In this document: one piece after another, positions 13,700-26,164 of the stretch
Layout of the letters: every line of letters begins with the position of its first letter
How positions within the stretch are numbered: position 1 is the first letter of the stretch
DNA from: Octopus sinensis
Taxonomy: Eukaryota
Direction of reading: 5' to 3'
DNA length: 64,000 nucleotides
Assembly (NCBI RefSeq): GCF_006345805.1
Contig: NC_043004.1
Span: 43,028,001-43,092,000 of the forward strand
Position numbers and translations under genes: made by a program
Notes under the pieces: generated by a model
Database searches by the model: none
What the model was told of the DNA's origin: nothing
Seen by the model: only the letters and a program-made list of their open reading frames with translations

Positions 13700-14865
13700 T
13701 TCACTTTCCCTGTCAGCACTACAGCATGCGACCAGAGGTAGGACTTGATTATTTGTCCATCTTGGATGCGTAAACCCTTCTCTCCCATCTGTTTCCTCAT
13801 CTTTAGTTCGGATATTAGGTTTCTCCGGCGAATTCTCTCTCTCAGTGAGTATTCCTCGCGAAAAGCCATATTGGGGTCCTCCCAGGCATGCGTCTGAGCT
13901 CTGTTCAGAAAGGCTGAAGCCTCCCGATCGGAAGAAAAGATTACCCTTACTGGGCGTGGTCTAGTATCTGAGGTTGGGTTCGCTTGGAATCTTCCTAGCC
14001 GAGCGACCTTATTGATACTGACATTTTCGTTCACAGAGAACAATTCTCCAACTAAAATGGAAACAAAATTAATGTGTTCCTTTAGGCGGTTTATGCCTGT
14101 ATCACAGGTGGATTCAGCTTTACCATAAATTATTGCTGATCTTGAGTGGGCAAAATGTTCTCTACTATGAGCTGCGGTATTCGATTCTTCATTGGATGAT
14201 TTCGAAAGGGTGGTTTCATAGCCATCAGACTTATGTCGGCCTGTGGGGTCGATCGGAATGGGTTTAGTGGTCATAATTTTCCCGCCTGGTTTGGAACTGA
14301 ACTGCCTCTTCTTCGGTTTGGGGGAGCACCACTCCCCAGATGAACTCACATCGAGATCGTTCAGAATTGGTTGAGCAATGGCATTAATGGGAAGGACAAG
14401 TGAGGGAGAATCCAAACAGATTTTATCGTGATCAGGTTTCATAGCTAAATCTGCCCCCCTGGCGTTTTGACTACGTTTCTTCTTTTGGGGAGAACAACGG
14501 TCTTCAGGTGGGTTTGAGTCTACGCTCCTCAAATTAGGTTGGGGAACCTCCGGGACCGAAAAGGCAGATGAGAAAGAATCCGCACAGGAACGATCATGTG
14601 CAAAAACGACCGCCGGTTCCTTTGCCTTCTTTGGCCGCTTCGATTTTGTTCCCTTCGGTTTGGACGTCTCCAGGGAAGAAATCAAGGGTGACTCTGCGTC
14701 AATAGGAGACTGTTTATTCAGTAAAAGAGCAACAACAGACTTTAGGTGCTCGACCTCTTGTTTGAGCAACAGCAACTGCTCGTTGAGCTGACTATTGGTA
14801 GGACCATCATCTTGATGAGAAGCCCTTCTTGCAGATCTCAGTTTCGATCTGTAGGTAGCTGACAT
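13696..14865 (-). CDS. LINE ORF1 protein (coiled coil and RRM-like domain), 389 aa, open
   Basis: Heptad LNEQLLLLKQEVEHLKSVVALLL; RSAIIYGKAES..VARLGR..RPVRVIFSS..RIRRRNLISELKMR. Confidence 0.8.
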   Translation of the reverse strand: MSATYRSKLRSARRASHQDDGPTNSQLNEQLLLLKQEVEHLKSVVALLLNKQSPIDAESPLISSLETSKPKGTKSKRPKKAKEPAVVFAHDRSCADSFSSAFSVPEVPQPNLRSVDSNPPEDRCSPQKKKRSQNARGADLAMKPDHDKICLDSPSLVLPINAIAQPILNDLDVSSSGEWCSPKPKKRQFSSKPGGKIMTTKPIPIDPTGRHKSDGYETTLSKSSNEESNTAAHSREHFAHSRSAIIYGKAESTCDTGINRLKEHINFVSILVGELFSVNENVSINKVARLGRFQANPTSDTRPRPVRVIFSSDREASAFLNRAQTHAWEDPNMAFREEYSLRERIRRRNLISELKMRKQMGEKGLRIQDGQIIKSYLWSHAVVLTGKVK

Positions 14866-16092
14866 GATAGATGGTTGACTAAAAACAATCTTCTATGGGC
14901 TCTAGGACAAATCTGAGTTAAATCAGGAACAAAAAACAGTTGCAATCCTTGTAGGAGTAGGCAACAGCAGACAAAATCTGAGAGAGTTTGGGCTGAGCCG
15001 AATCACAATCCAAGATTGAAAGCAGACGGTGCAACGAGTCGGGAACCCTTCCTAATTGTCTGAAGCAGCTTTAGGATAAGGGATAGTAGGTCCAACTTTA
15101 GAATATTGATATGCATGTAAAATGTTCCACACGATTAAATATCATTTGACGTGCCATTTAGTACTTCAATAACTGCGTCTGCGCATGTTTGTATATGTGT
15201 GAATAATGTGTTTATGTGCGAGAAGGCACATTTTTTTGTCTATCGTTAATTTAGATTATTAATTTTTTCTTTTTTTCTCACGTTTTTCCCTTTAAAGTAT
15301 TTATTTTTAAAGTAATTTATACGTTGGAGGGAGGGCTGAGGGTGTGTTTTTATTGTAAATTCTCCCAACACAGAGAAAGAAAGGGATTTTTCGTTGGCGC
15401 CACCGGTATAATTCAGACACGGGGAAAGACATCTCGGTGTCATCGTCAACTTGTATGTTTCTAATTGTAGCGATAGTAGTAACAGCAGTAAATTCTGATA
15501 GCAGCAGTAGCAATAGTTCATAAAGTGAGATGAAAAACGATCGGTCAAAGAGAGTTCAAATTGTCTGCAATAGTGTTGATGGAACTTGCGAGCAGTGACC
15601 TTGACTTTGAGAAAAATCAAGGAGGGGCCGACTATAAACAGTACTTGTGAATAGAGTCGTGTACGAGCAGAGTGAAACTATAGAGAGTATTGTTTCTTTT
15701 CTTTATTTTTCTTCTTAATCTCCACGTGTTTAATACTGTGATTGCAATAAAAGGTATGTCTGCATATTTCGGGTAGTCAAGAAGAAAATAAAGGTTAGCT
15801 GGTGTTTACGTCCATACTTCTAGCGTGCATTTAATTGTGTTGTTACAATAAAGACATTTTTACATAATCTGATACTCAAGGAAGAGGGGACGGCAAAATG
15901 TTCACACAAAAAATGGAGATATTTATGATCCTAAAATTTTTGTCCCAAACTGTAGGTTTGGAACTCTTTAACTTATTTTGAGGGAAATTCAAATTACTCA
16001 CAGAAAATAGTAGATCTTCCAGTAATTACAGTTGTTTATCAGTAGTCCTGCTGGGTTGTATATGTTTTACTGTGTCTTCTGTGTCTATATAC

Positions 16093-16630
16093 AGGGTGGC
16101 GAATACTCGTTATAAATATCACCACCAGTGGCCTAGCATGTATAAAAAGTCAATAGACAACATATTCGTATTTCAAAATAGAAAATTACCCTTTAACAGG
16201 TAATTTGTACATGCTAGAAATAGCAGCCAAACACGGCCAAAAATCACAATTTTATAGCAAATTTCGAAGTAAATGAAAAATAAAAACCATTACCTTGTTA
16301 TATAACGGTTATACCATGGTTTCGAATTTCTTTAGCAAATAATATTGCTTGCCATCTGTTAATAGATAATTTTGCATGACCATATTATCTACCAGGCGAA
16401 TTCTCGTCAGTAACCGGCCTAAACAACTAACCTATAATTCAGAGACCAGATAACACGTATCCCATCATTATACACTATAGTTTTTCAAATATCGCACGCA
16501 GGCGCATTTACAGTCAGCAATAGATACAATGCCGAGCTGAAACTTCGAGAATGCTAAGAACATATTCATAAGGTACATATATATATAGGGTGGCGAATAC
16601 TGATGGTGATACTTATAACGAGTATTCGCC

Positions 16631-16689
<59 letters not shown>

Positions 16690-16806
16690 CTTATGAATAT
16701 GTTCTTAGCATTCTCGAAGTTTCAGCTCGGCATTGTATCTATTGCTGACTGTAAATGCGCCTGCGCGCGATATTTGAAAAACGGTAATTTTCGATTTTGA
16801 AATACG
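16093..16806. repeat. Nested inverted repeats of an unclassified element next to (TA)n
   Basis: 16093-16127 inverted at 16601-16635; 16167-16190 plus 16480-16576 inverted at 16686-16806. Confidence 0.8.
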
Positions 16807-16833
16807 TATATATATATATATATATATATATAC

Positions 16834-16875
<42 letters not shown>

Positions 16876-17149
16876 GGAAAGAGAGATGGTAGATTGATGG
16901 GCAGATAGACATATAGATATACATATATCCCAAAATGAGTTCAAACGAATATATAATCCTGGCGGTTACAGTGTTTCCTCTTAATTCCGATGTTTATGCA
17001 GCTTAACCACAACGGAACTTTAGTGATAGCCGGGGCCCATATTGAATCCGTAGCGGTATTAAAAACAATTATTCGCAAACTGTAGCTATTCAGTTGAGTG
17101 ATAATATATTTGTTTTGTGTGGTTTGGATGCCTAGAAATGGAAGAGGAG

Positions 17150-17950
17150 ACTGAAGATTTGTATGGTGTTGGTCGAATTGGTTTCATGTAAGTAACTCAT
17201 CTCACGTTCCTCGATCACAATAGTTTTAGTTGTAATGTTGAGTAAGTTGTTGATAGGGACAGGAAAATAAGTCTCCGATTGGAGGAATGCTAACAAGGCA
17301 GGTGAAGTTGGAAACCAGAGGCCGAAACAACCATATCAGATGGGTAAAATTGCCTGTGGCCATTTGGTGCCATGAAACCGGACGTTGGACATCTCGTTAG
17401 TGACTCGTTGGTTTCAGACTTCGAGTATAAGGATGTCTTTCTTGGAGTTCACCTGTACATGGTGGATTGATGACCAGCCGTCCGAGTCAGAAAATGTGAA
17501 GCTCATTGTATCGTAATTGAGGCTCAGAACTTCACAATTGGACAAATCAATCTCGTGAGTGATCCTCAGCAGAGCAGGTGCAACTGATTGGAATCGTGGT
17601 AGACAATGTCCGAACCCACCCATCATCGCAACATCCAGTTAACGCAGGTTAACAAGAGTTGTGATGTTTAGAGCAGCATCTACCCTGAGAGTGCTAGACA
17701 TATGTCTTGAATAATTGTCAAAGCTCATGAGAAAGAAAAAAAAACCTCTCAAATCTCCTGCGGCGACTAGTCGCTCGGCGCTTTCCCCAGCCGTGCACTG
17801 TATTCCTACATGTTGGATTACCTGCCTTACGGTTCTCCAAGCAAACTCTTCACCGCAGAGAAACGTCATACCATCTTCGACCGTCATTTAATGGGTCTAT
17901 ACATTCGACCTTCTTTTCTTCGATCTTGGGATGGGCGGTACTGCTCGAAT
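17150..17950 (-). pseudogene. Degenerate coding-like relic, possibly a LINE ORF1
   Basis: GC-richer island with two short minus ORFs (17414-17887) and a broken C-x2-C-like motif (PI*YGCFGL). Confidence 0.3.
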
Positions 17951-19549
17951 CATGATAGTTCCTTTCATCGTTTGGTATATGGACGATAAGCATTATGCTC
18001 AGTTACACTATATAAAATTTTAAAAAAATTATAGTGGGTATGTGACTATAAACTGAACATGTTTTAATATTTGTCCCAGTTTTTCATCACTTCTTCTTTT
18101 TCTTGTTCTTCTTCTTGTCTTCTTCTTTTATTATTTGGAATTTGGAATTTATAAATTCCCAGTCGGTATCAGAAACTGAGGTATATAATTTATGAAAAGA
18201 TTATGCTAGGGAAATAATTATTCGACTGTGGTCTGCTTGCATCTGAGAATTAATGAAACCTGGACGTATTTAGTTTTAATTCGAAATTGAATATATATTT
18301 CAAATGTCAAATTGCTATATTTTATTAATTCTCTCAATATGAAATTGCATATGTTACAACATGTAATAATGTTTGACTCCTGGCTCACAAAATGCCCAAT
18401 TTATTTGAATAATCTACACGCACTGGCGTTGTGCAATATATTGTAATATAAACTGTTATTATTAATTTACATTTCAAATGTTAAGCAACGACATTTAATT
18501 AATTCCAGAGCATACTGGTAATTGAAAATGGTTGATGAAATTTCACAATTATGCATGGAATATTATAAATATCAATGAATAATGAATGTATCACTTTCTA
18601 TATTATTAACTAGCCACAAAGAAATATTATTAGCGTTCCCGGCAAAATTAACTATTACAATTAAATATTAGCAGTAATACAGACAATTATTATTGTAGTC
18701 TGTAAATGAATAATTTTATATTCATCTCTATATATCGGTAATCTTTCATATTCTCACACCGAACAGAACACTACAGCATAAATAATATATGAATAGTCTT
18801 TTATGCATTAATTTACTTCTCTCTCTCTTTCTATCTCGTTGATTATAATGTTACTGGAAATATGCAACAGATTATTAATATATGTAGCGCGAGGCTCTTT
18901 ACTTCAGTTCCTTAATTCAACAGAACAAACTGAGGTCAAAGTCACCAAGGCAACTTCCCAATTTGTCTCCCTGCTATAGTATATAATGCATTTGAGTCGC
19001 AAGCAAGCATGAACCACGAATAATTTCTCTTAGAATATGCAGGATTGGGTAATTCTATGTAGAGTTATTAAGAGGATTAGTAATCTCAAACCAGTGCGAT
19101 GCATTTACTATGCATCACTCTTTTATCAGAGATAATAACATTACGGGATAAGAATCCAAATCATTAATACTTTTAGGTTACATTGCTTTCTTACTTATAA
19201 ACTGAAGCACTTGTCAATATATCACAGTACCATAATTATGAAGTTAGCTATCCGTTGTAGCCCAGGAGTAGAAGACTATATCACTAAAGAAAATGATTGG
19301 ACAATCGAAATATTTTCTAATCCTCTCAAGTAAAACAATTTAGAGAAAGACGTAAACTTACGTAGTATCTCACTCAGTTCTCCGACAAACAATTGTTGCT
19401 TCTCTTTGATGTTTTCATAGGGTCAAATCGGCATTCAAGATCAAAATTAAGAAAATTATTCAGGTGTTAGAAAACTTCAATGATGCATCGACCATAAGTG
19501 TTACAGTCGAAGATGGCATTTAATGGAATGTCATTTTACAGAAATGTCA

Positions 19550-19973
19550 GGATCCTTTCGGTTTGAACGACAGTTTTTTCTAGCGGTGTCATATGAAATT
19601 GTCACCCATAATTATGACCCTAGTATCGATCTATTGCATTTCAATCTGTTTTAGGGTTAGGGCTAGTTAGGGTTATGGGTGGGAGGAAGGGTGTCTTTTT
19701 TCTTCACAAATGTAAATAAACCCAATCTATTTCTTAAACGAGGGACATATTCATACGACACAGAATGTTGTTTACCTCAATGGACGTCACTGATTGGTTG
19801 AAATTGCAGAAAATGAAGAAACAAAAAGAAATATCTTACAAACTATGGAATTTTCTCAATAAAGCCAAGAGAAAAAGATGTTTTATATACACATTTTACC
19901 AGTATACGAAGTTTAGAATTTTTTAGCCACCTAGAAATTATGTTAAAAACTGCCGTCCAAACCGAAGAGATCC
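19550..19973. mobile_element. MITE with GG-start TIRs and 8-bp TSD (Merlin-like)
   Basis: ggatcctttcggtttgaacgacagttttt / aaaaactgccgtccaaaccgaagagatcc; flanks aaatgtca and aaatttca. Confidence 0.8.
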
Positions 19974-20847
19974 AAATTTCACAGGAGTTAGAATAGATTG
20001 CGTTATGCACACATCACTTTCTGGTGGCTCCTAAATTTATGGAACATCCCAGAAATGAAGGTTAACCTCGTAAATTAGTTTCGTATGAATTTCAAGAATA
20101 GTGTCATAAATGATACCTTTTCTTGACGATTTATTTGACGCCTTCTCCCATTTCGAATACAATGACCATGTGCATGTCTTAGCATCTTACAATTAATCAT
20201 ATATGCACACTACTGCAACTATGTCCATAGAGTGATTCTTCATCTGAAGATTTTGGTCAGATATTTTACCTGAAAACTGCTTGTAGAGCGTGCTGAAATG
20301 ATGACTGGCCATGTACTGACGAAGAACATGAAAAGTTACCAAAATAAACATTTATAGCAAAATAACTAGCGTCAACTTGAAAAGCCAAAAGCAGAATGTT
20401 GTAAAAATGTTGTACGTAAACAGAGAGAAATGGAACTTATATGGAACAAAATAGATAATTGTCAAAACTGTTTGGGAATTTCATCAAATCATGGATGCCT
20501 TATCTTCAGATTCGAAGGAAATATAGAACGAAAAGAAAATAAACTTAATAATTTTATTTATCTTAAGCATACGAACAAAAATTTGAGGGCAGGTTTAGTC
20601 GATACCAGTAATTGGGAGGTACTTTTTCCGACATCGAGTAGAAAAGTGTCATAATTGATCATGCCAAGATTGAACTCAGATGTTAAAAAAAATTTAATTA
20701 GCGTTCTAATCAATCCAATGTCCTCACAGCAAAACTTCAATATCAAAAAGATATAATATCGTTAATACTGCTGATTGTAGTGAGGTGGTGACGATAATGA
20801 TGATACAAATTAATCTCATACGATGCACACACACGCATATATATATA

Positions 20848-20900
<53 letters not shown>

Positions 20901-21133
20901 TTATATATATCAATAATTTAAGGCGATCCATAACTGAAGAGCTGTTTCAATCATTATACGTGATATGGAAATAATATGATCTGACTGACTTCAAGGAAAA
21001 TTTTTATATAGTTGTATATCCTACAATAACTTGTCTTACTTTTAATCTGCAAATAGTAGTAATATTTTAGAATTAATAGTAGGATGTTATTTACAAGGGG
21101 TTTTGTAACCTCAGTTGTACTTTGATGGTGAAG

Positions 21134-21240
<107 letters not shown>

Positions 21241-21371
21241 CAACAACAATTTAGATTAAAATGAATATGATACTTAATTTAGATGCACCAGAATTGTGTA
21301 TGGTGTTACCCATAAAAATATGCGGGATGATTATAATCAAAAAAATAAGCAACAAGAATGAATCCGGTAAT

Positions 21372-21457
21372 TTAGTACAATTGTTTCATACTACAACATT
21401 TTATTAAACGCTGTAAATATTACACCAGATTTAACATGCTGAGTAATCTTCAGCTAA
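21372..21457 (-). ncRNA. Type-I HHR, canonical core, long stem II
   Basis: Minus strand: ttag CTGAAGA t tactcagcat..(long)..atgttgtagtat GAAA caattg TA ctaa; stem I ttag/ctaa; palindromic stem III. Confidence 0.7.
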
Positions 21458-21858
21458 TTTATATAGGTTTTCCAATAATATAAAAGTTTTCAAATCAATT
21501 AATAACATCTAAGGGAAGGTAAATATACAGATAAAGATGTAGATATGAATCTTAGGAACATGAGGTAGTGCGGTTCAGATGCTAACTGACCAAAACTTTG
21601 TTTATAACTGCCTGCTGTAAGAAAATTTCTTTAGCTATAAGGATTAGGGTAAGGGTAGGTAAAGAATTCAAGTTAGTTGTAGAAAAGAGGAGGAAATTCA
21701 GGATATGTAAAAGATGTTCAGGTTGTCACTAGAACAGAAGTTCAATTTATGGATGTAGTGACAAGAAAATTAGGTCAGGGTAGAGAAATCATTAAATTCT
21801 TAGGAACATATGAGGTTGTAGGTCAGATACTAACTGACCAAAACCCTACTTGTATATA

Positions 21859-21943
<85 letters not shown>

Positions 21944-23568
21944 CATATGTTTGTTTGCGTGTATGTGTGTGTGTATATAGAAGTGTCAATGTTCAAAATT
22001 CAAACTCTTATTCAATGTGAATTTCCTCCCAAAAGTTTCATTTATTTGTAATATATAAAAGTACGATAGCAGAATAATTGATATAATGAATTCTAAGATA
22101 TATAGTGTTTACAGGCTGTGTATTTTAATACACTAAACTTTTACACGTATTTGAATGAAACTATAAGATTTAAATTAACAAATAATTCTTTCCACGGAAA
22201 AGACGGGAACTGCAATATGTAGAGCAAATGAAAAAAGAAATAATAAAGTTGTGCGTTATGAGACTGATTTAGCATTAACCTAGTCTCTGACATACGCTAA
22301 TGTACTGCGTGTATCAAGATGCTAGTGAATGGATAATTGTGGAGATGCATGTCCTGTACATTGTGGAAAGAAATGACGTTTTCTAAGCGTCGTTTTAGAG
22401 CGTTTCTCGTACCCAGATCTAGTGTGTGACAAAATGAGAAAAATATCGAAAAACGAGTTGCAATAGCACGATACTAAACTATGAAATCTGAGAGGATAAG
22501 ATTAGATTCCTATCAGCGTTGAGTGCACACAATTAAACGTCTGAAAAACAGGTTCTTATAGGTTTTCATAGTAAGCATAAGATATAACCGATACTTGATT
22601 TAATTGATTTAATTGGAAATTTCGTATTTGTTATTTACTTAGGAGATGCTGTAAGTTATAATTGCGTAACCCAATCAAAGAAAAAAATTAAAACTCAGTA
22701 TTATATAAAAATCTATATCTGAGGAAGATTATGAGGGTGATGGATGTTAAAATGTAGACGCATTATTTATTAACTCAAAATCCTACGATGTGAGAAGCGT
22801 GAGTAGGAATCGAATTAAATTCGGTGTATGCATATATATGTATACACCAAGAACAGTACAGAAACACACTGAAAGGTATTGCTCCAGCATCGACCTAACC
22901 TTTTGCTGAAACCGGTGGACGATAAAATATAAAAGATATCAAACATATCGTGGACGATATGTGAAGAGGATTTCAACGTGATTTATTTTTGAATTCTAAA
23001 AATTGTTTTCAAACGAAGCTTTTAATGTTACCATTTGTGCAAGCTACAAGCTACGTAACATGATAATAGTTCCTTTTTAACCGAGCTACATGACATTAGA
23101 ATCTTTGATGGAAAAAATTATAGTTGTATAACGACCATAGCATTTTATTTGATATGTTTTAAACTTTGAAGAAAATAATATTTTAACCAGCTTGAAATAT
23201 TTTTGCCGCATTAAAACTTTACACCATAACTTTGAGGAAGAATGTAGAGACGGAAGAATGTCGTCTCCAGTAGCTAACTGGAAATTCACTTTTCCGTGAA
23301 CTAAGATCTTCCAGTAGAGATAAAAAAATCAGCTTCTGACAAATATTTGTTTTAGAAATTTATCAAGGTGAGTTTTAGCGCGATGAGAAATAGATTACAA
23401 TGATTCATTAAACTTTTGAAAATCACATATTTCAAAATTTCCGTTTACGAATTTGGAATTTTATTAGTGATCTCGAAATAATCGGTGTAAAGATATCTAT
23501 ATATATATATATAAGAAATTAAAAAAGGAAAATACACACACTTACATAATTTTAATATAATGTTTAAT

Positions 23569-23603
23569 ATATCGACCGGTTTCGCTATCGCTATTCATGA
23601 TAT
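23569..23603 (-). ncRNA. Minimal type-I HHR, A3-U8 core
   Basis: atatc ATGAATA gc gata gc GAAA ccgg TC gatat; 5-bp stem I, 2-bp stem II, ACCGGU stem III, GUC site. Confidence 0.75.
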
Positions 23604-23637
23604 TATGTTTTACTTATTTGAATATATATTCAACATA

Positions 23638-23672
23638 ATATCATGAATAGCGATAGCGAAACCGGTCGTTAT
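23638..23672 (+). ncRNA. Minimal type-I HHR, A3-U8 core (second arm)
   Basis: atatc ATGAATA gcgatagc GAAA ccgg TC gttat. Confidence 0.7.
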
Positions 23673-23739
23673 ATTAAAAATTATATTAAAACAACTCACC
23701 ACGTGAGGATAATCGAAATTCCTCTTTTCTGTTATTACT

Positions 23740-23786
<47 letters not shown>

Positions 23787-23794
23787 ATATGTTT

Positions 23795-23834
<40 letters not shown>

Positions 23835-23968
23835 TGTGTGTATGAGAGAGAGCGTGTGTGTATGTGTTTGCGTTCTCTCGGCTTCGATAACGCTCAAATA
23901 TCCACGTTTTCTTACATGTAACCGGTGTAACTCCTGAGATATATCGTTGCTAGATCGACGATTGTATC

Positions 23969-24004
23969 GATGTGATCTCATTCTCCTGCGAATGAGATCA
24001 CATC
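23969..24004. repeat. Perfect 15-bp hairpin
   Basis: gatgtgatctcattc tcctgc gaatgagatcacatc. Confidence 0.85.
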
Positions 24005-24476
24005 AAGTCTTCCCCCTTTTCATCACCCATGACCGCTCGGAGATTCTCCTGATCTATTTCCAACACTTTCATTTGTTGATATCAATAACTTCGCTATAAA
24101 CACCCCATCCTATTGAAAACCTCATACTCCCACTCCTACACCAACTTCTCTCCACTCTAACCACACCACACTGTGTATCCAGTAATCTCAGTTTCAACGA
24201 CTCTTTCGGTTTTGCAGTGAAAATTGTGACTTAGAAGCACCGTTCCAACTCCTGGCTTCAGCTAAAAGGTATATACCCCACCATTATCAAGACAGTCCTC
24301 GACCGTACCCGTAACCCATCTGCCTCCGACTCTACCATCCTTAGCTACCATCGCGCCTCCTACCAATTCAAAGCACCATTTTACGTACTTTCCGCAAATT
24401 CCTATGCGACATCGTCCCATTTTTTCTCTTGTCACATTTCCATACATATCTTATGGTGAAAGGTTAAATACATATA

Positions 24477-24694
24477 CAGTAACCCCTCGACTATCGCGGG
24501 AGTTACGATCCAAAACCCCACACGATAGGTGAAAATCCGAGAAGTAGAAAAAGTACTGTACTTTGTATTATGTTTTATTATTATTATAATTTGAATTATT
24601 CTATTATAACTGCAAAATAACGCCACGGAGGAATCGACGTAAGCTTAAATAATTAACCGTGATAGGTGAACTGCGATATGACGAGGGATCATTG
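24477..24694. mobile_element. pogo/Tigger-like MITE
   Basis: TA|cagtaacccctcgactatcgc ... gcgatatgacgagggatcattg|TA; internal repeat of gataggtgaa. Confidence 0.75.
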
Positions 24695-25727
24695 TACCTT
24701 TTTTCTTACTTTTTTTTAATGGTTGTTTTTTTATATTTTTCTAACATATATATTTGTGTGGGTGTGCGTATTTACGTTTTCGTTTTCAAACGTAATTAGG
24801 TCAACACTTCGTTTTCCGCTTGCCTTGCTCAGTATGATAGAAAGTTGCATTCAGTAAAATTTTAATATTAATGTATCGGGCTTTGTAAATCAATTTTTTC
24901 ATAAGAGCTAAAAGTTGCAAGCCATAGATACAGTAATTTTTATGCATATATTTTGAATTAAAATGTTTCCTTAGTGACTACAGTTAAAATCCACAGCTAT
25001 TAACCATTTTAATTGCCATCTTATTGCAAGAGGAAAATGATTGAAAAGTAAACGATTAATCAAGATCCAGAAAACACGCTCTTGAATTGATATCCAGAGA
25101 CTTTACCTTTAACACTAGGACAATATGCATTTTATATTTCCGGTCTCAGTGTTCGAGTATAGTGAATATGAGGCAGTATGGGTTAATACAAGGTCATGAG
25201 ACTAGTGTGTGCGCACAACACTTGAGAATTTATGCAGCCTAGAAAGGAATATCAATTTATCTATGTATACATATTTTATAACCGCGTAATAGAAATGGAA
25301 TGCAAAATTAAATAATAAATATTCGAAAACATAAACCTGAAAAGTGAACTGAAATTTCATTAAAGTAATGATTGATTGTCAGGTAAAATTAATAGGATTA
25401 AAATAATAAAAAAAAACTGAATGAGTTCTGATTCGGAAGCAAATATCACTTATTCTTTATCAATAATATACTACTCATCTACACTTCTTGTTTATCTTTT
25501 CAAGAACATATTAACTAAATGTTGTTGTTTTTTATCAGAAACGAAATCCACTATGCCCCTAAGGCAATTGGTTGAATTTGCATATTAATTTATAATATAC
25601 TTGATATAACTTGTAATCAGTGCCCCAATTAACTGGCGACTATACGTCATAAACATACACACAGACGTGTTCATATGTATATATATTTCTATGTATATGT
25701 ATATATTCACACATACATACATGATAA

Positions 25728-25766
<39 letters not shown>

Positions 25767-25845
25767 GTGAAAAGGAACACACGAGTTGATATATATGAAA
25801 AAACAAGTCAAAATAGAAAATGCTAAAATAATTTTATAGTGAACA

Positions 25846-25889
25846 TTTCAGTACCGGTTTCGGTCATTTTGAGACCTTTTCAACTGTAA
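25846..25889 (-). ncRNA. Type-I HHR, U3-A8 core, in PLE pLTR
   Basis: ttacag TTGAAAA ggtc tcaaaat gacc GAAA ccgg TA ctgaaa. Confidence 0.8.
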
Positions 25890-26164
25890 CGATTAAATAA
25901 TTAAATTTAGAAAAATTAGAAGAAGAGTTTTTTTAAAGGAATATTTCTATAGTAGTGTTCAGATATAAGTGGCATTCTGCCTTTCTCTGACTCCCTTGTT
26001 TGCACTTGTGTGTTCGAGGTCGTTGTGAGTTCTTGGTAGGGTAGAAGAAGAATGCTGATGAGGGGAGGGGGTGGGAAAATCTGGGAGTGCCCTGATGGTC
26101 GTATTTTGAATGGTCAGTGGCGGCTAGCAGTCGCAGTTCAATTCAGGAGAATATTTCTTTGGCA

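Larger units (their letters stand above)
11214..15095 (-). mobile_element. CR1-group LINE, near full length with internal RT deletion
   Basis: ORF1, APE and RT flanks; (TAAC)n 3' tail at 11214-11232; visibly GC-richer than flanks; 5' end approximate. Confidence 0.9.
23540..23692. mobile_element. Fold-back PLE-derived mini-element
   Basis: tttaatataat..aatatatcgaccggtttcgctatcgctattcatgatattatg is inverted at 23634-23690; flanked by (TA)n. Confidence 0.8.

Noticed and set aside
20240-20345. CTGAAGA..GAAA and CTGACGA..GAAA strings
   Set aside because: No convincing stem II or stem I; expected by chance.
26056-26090. CTGATGA..GAAA in the inverted pLTR
   Set aside because: Purine tract with no stem II; antisense to the element.
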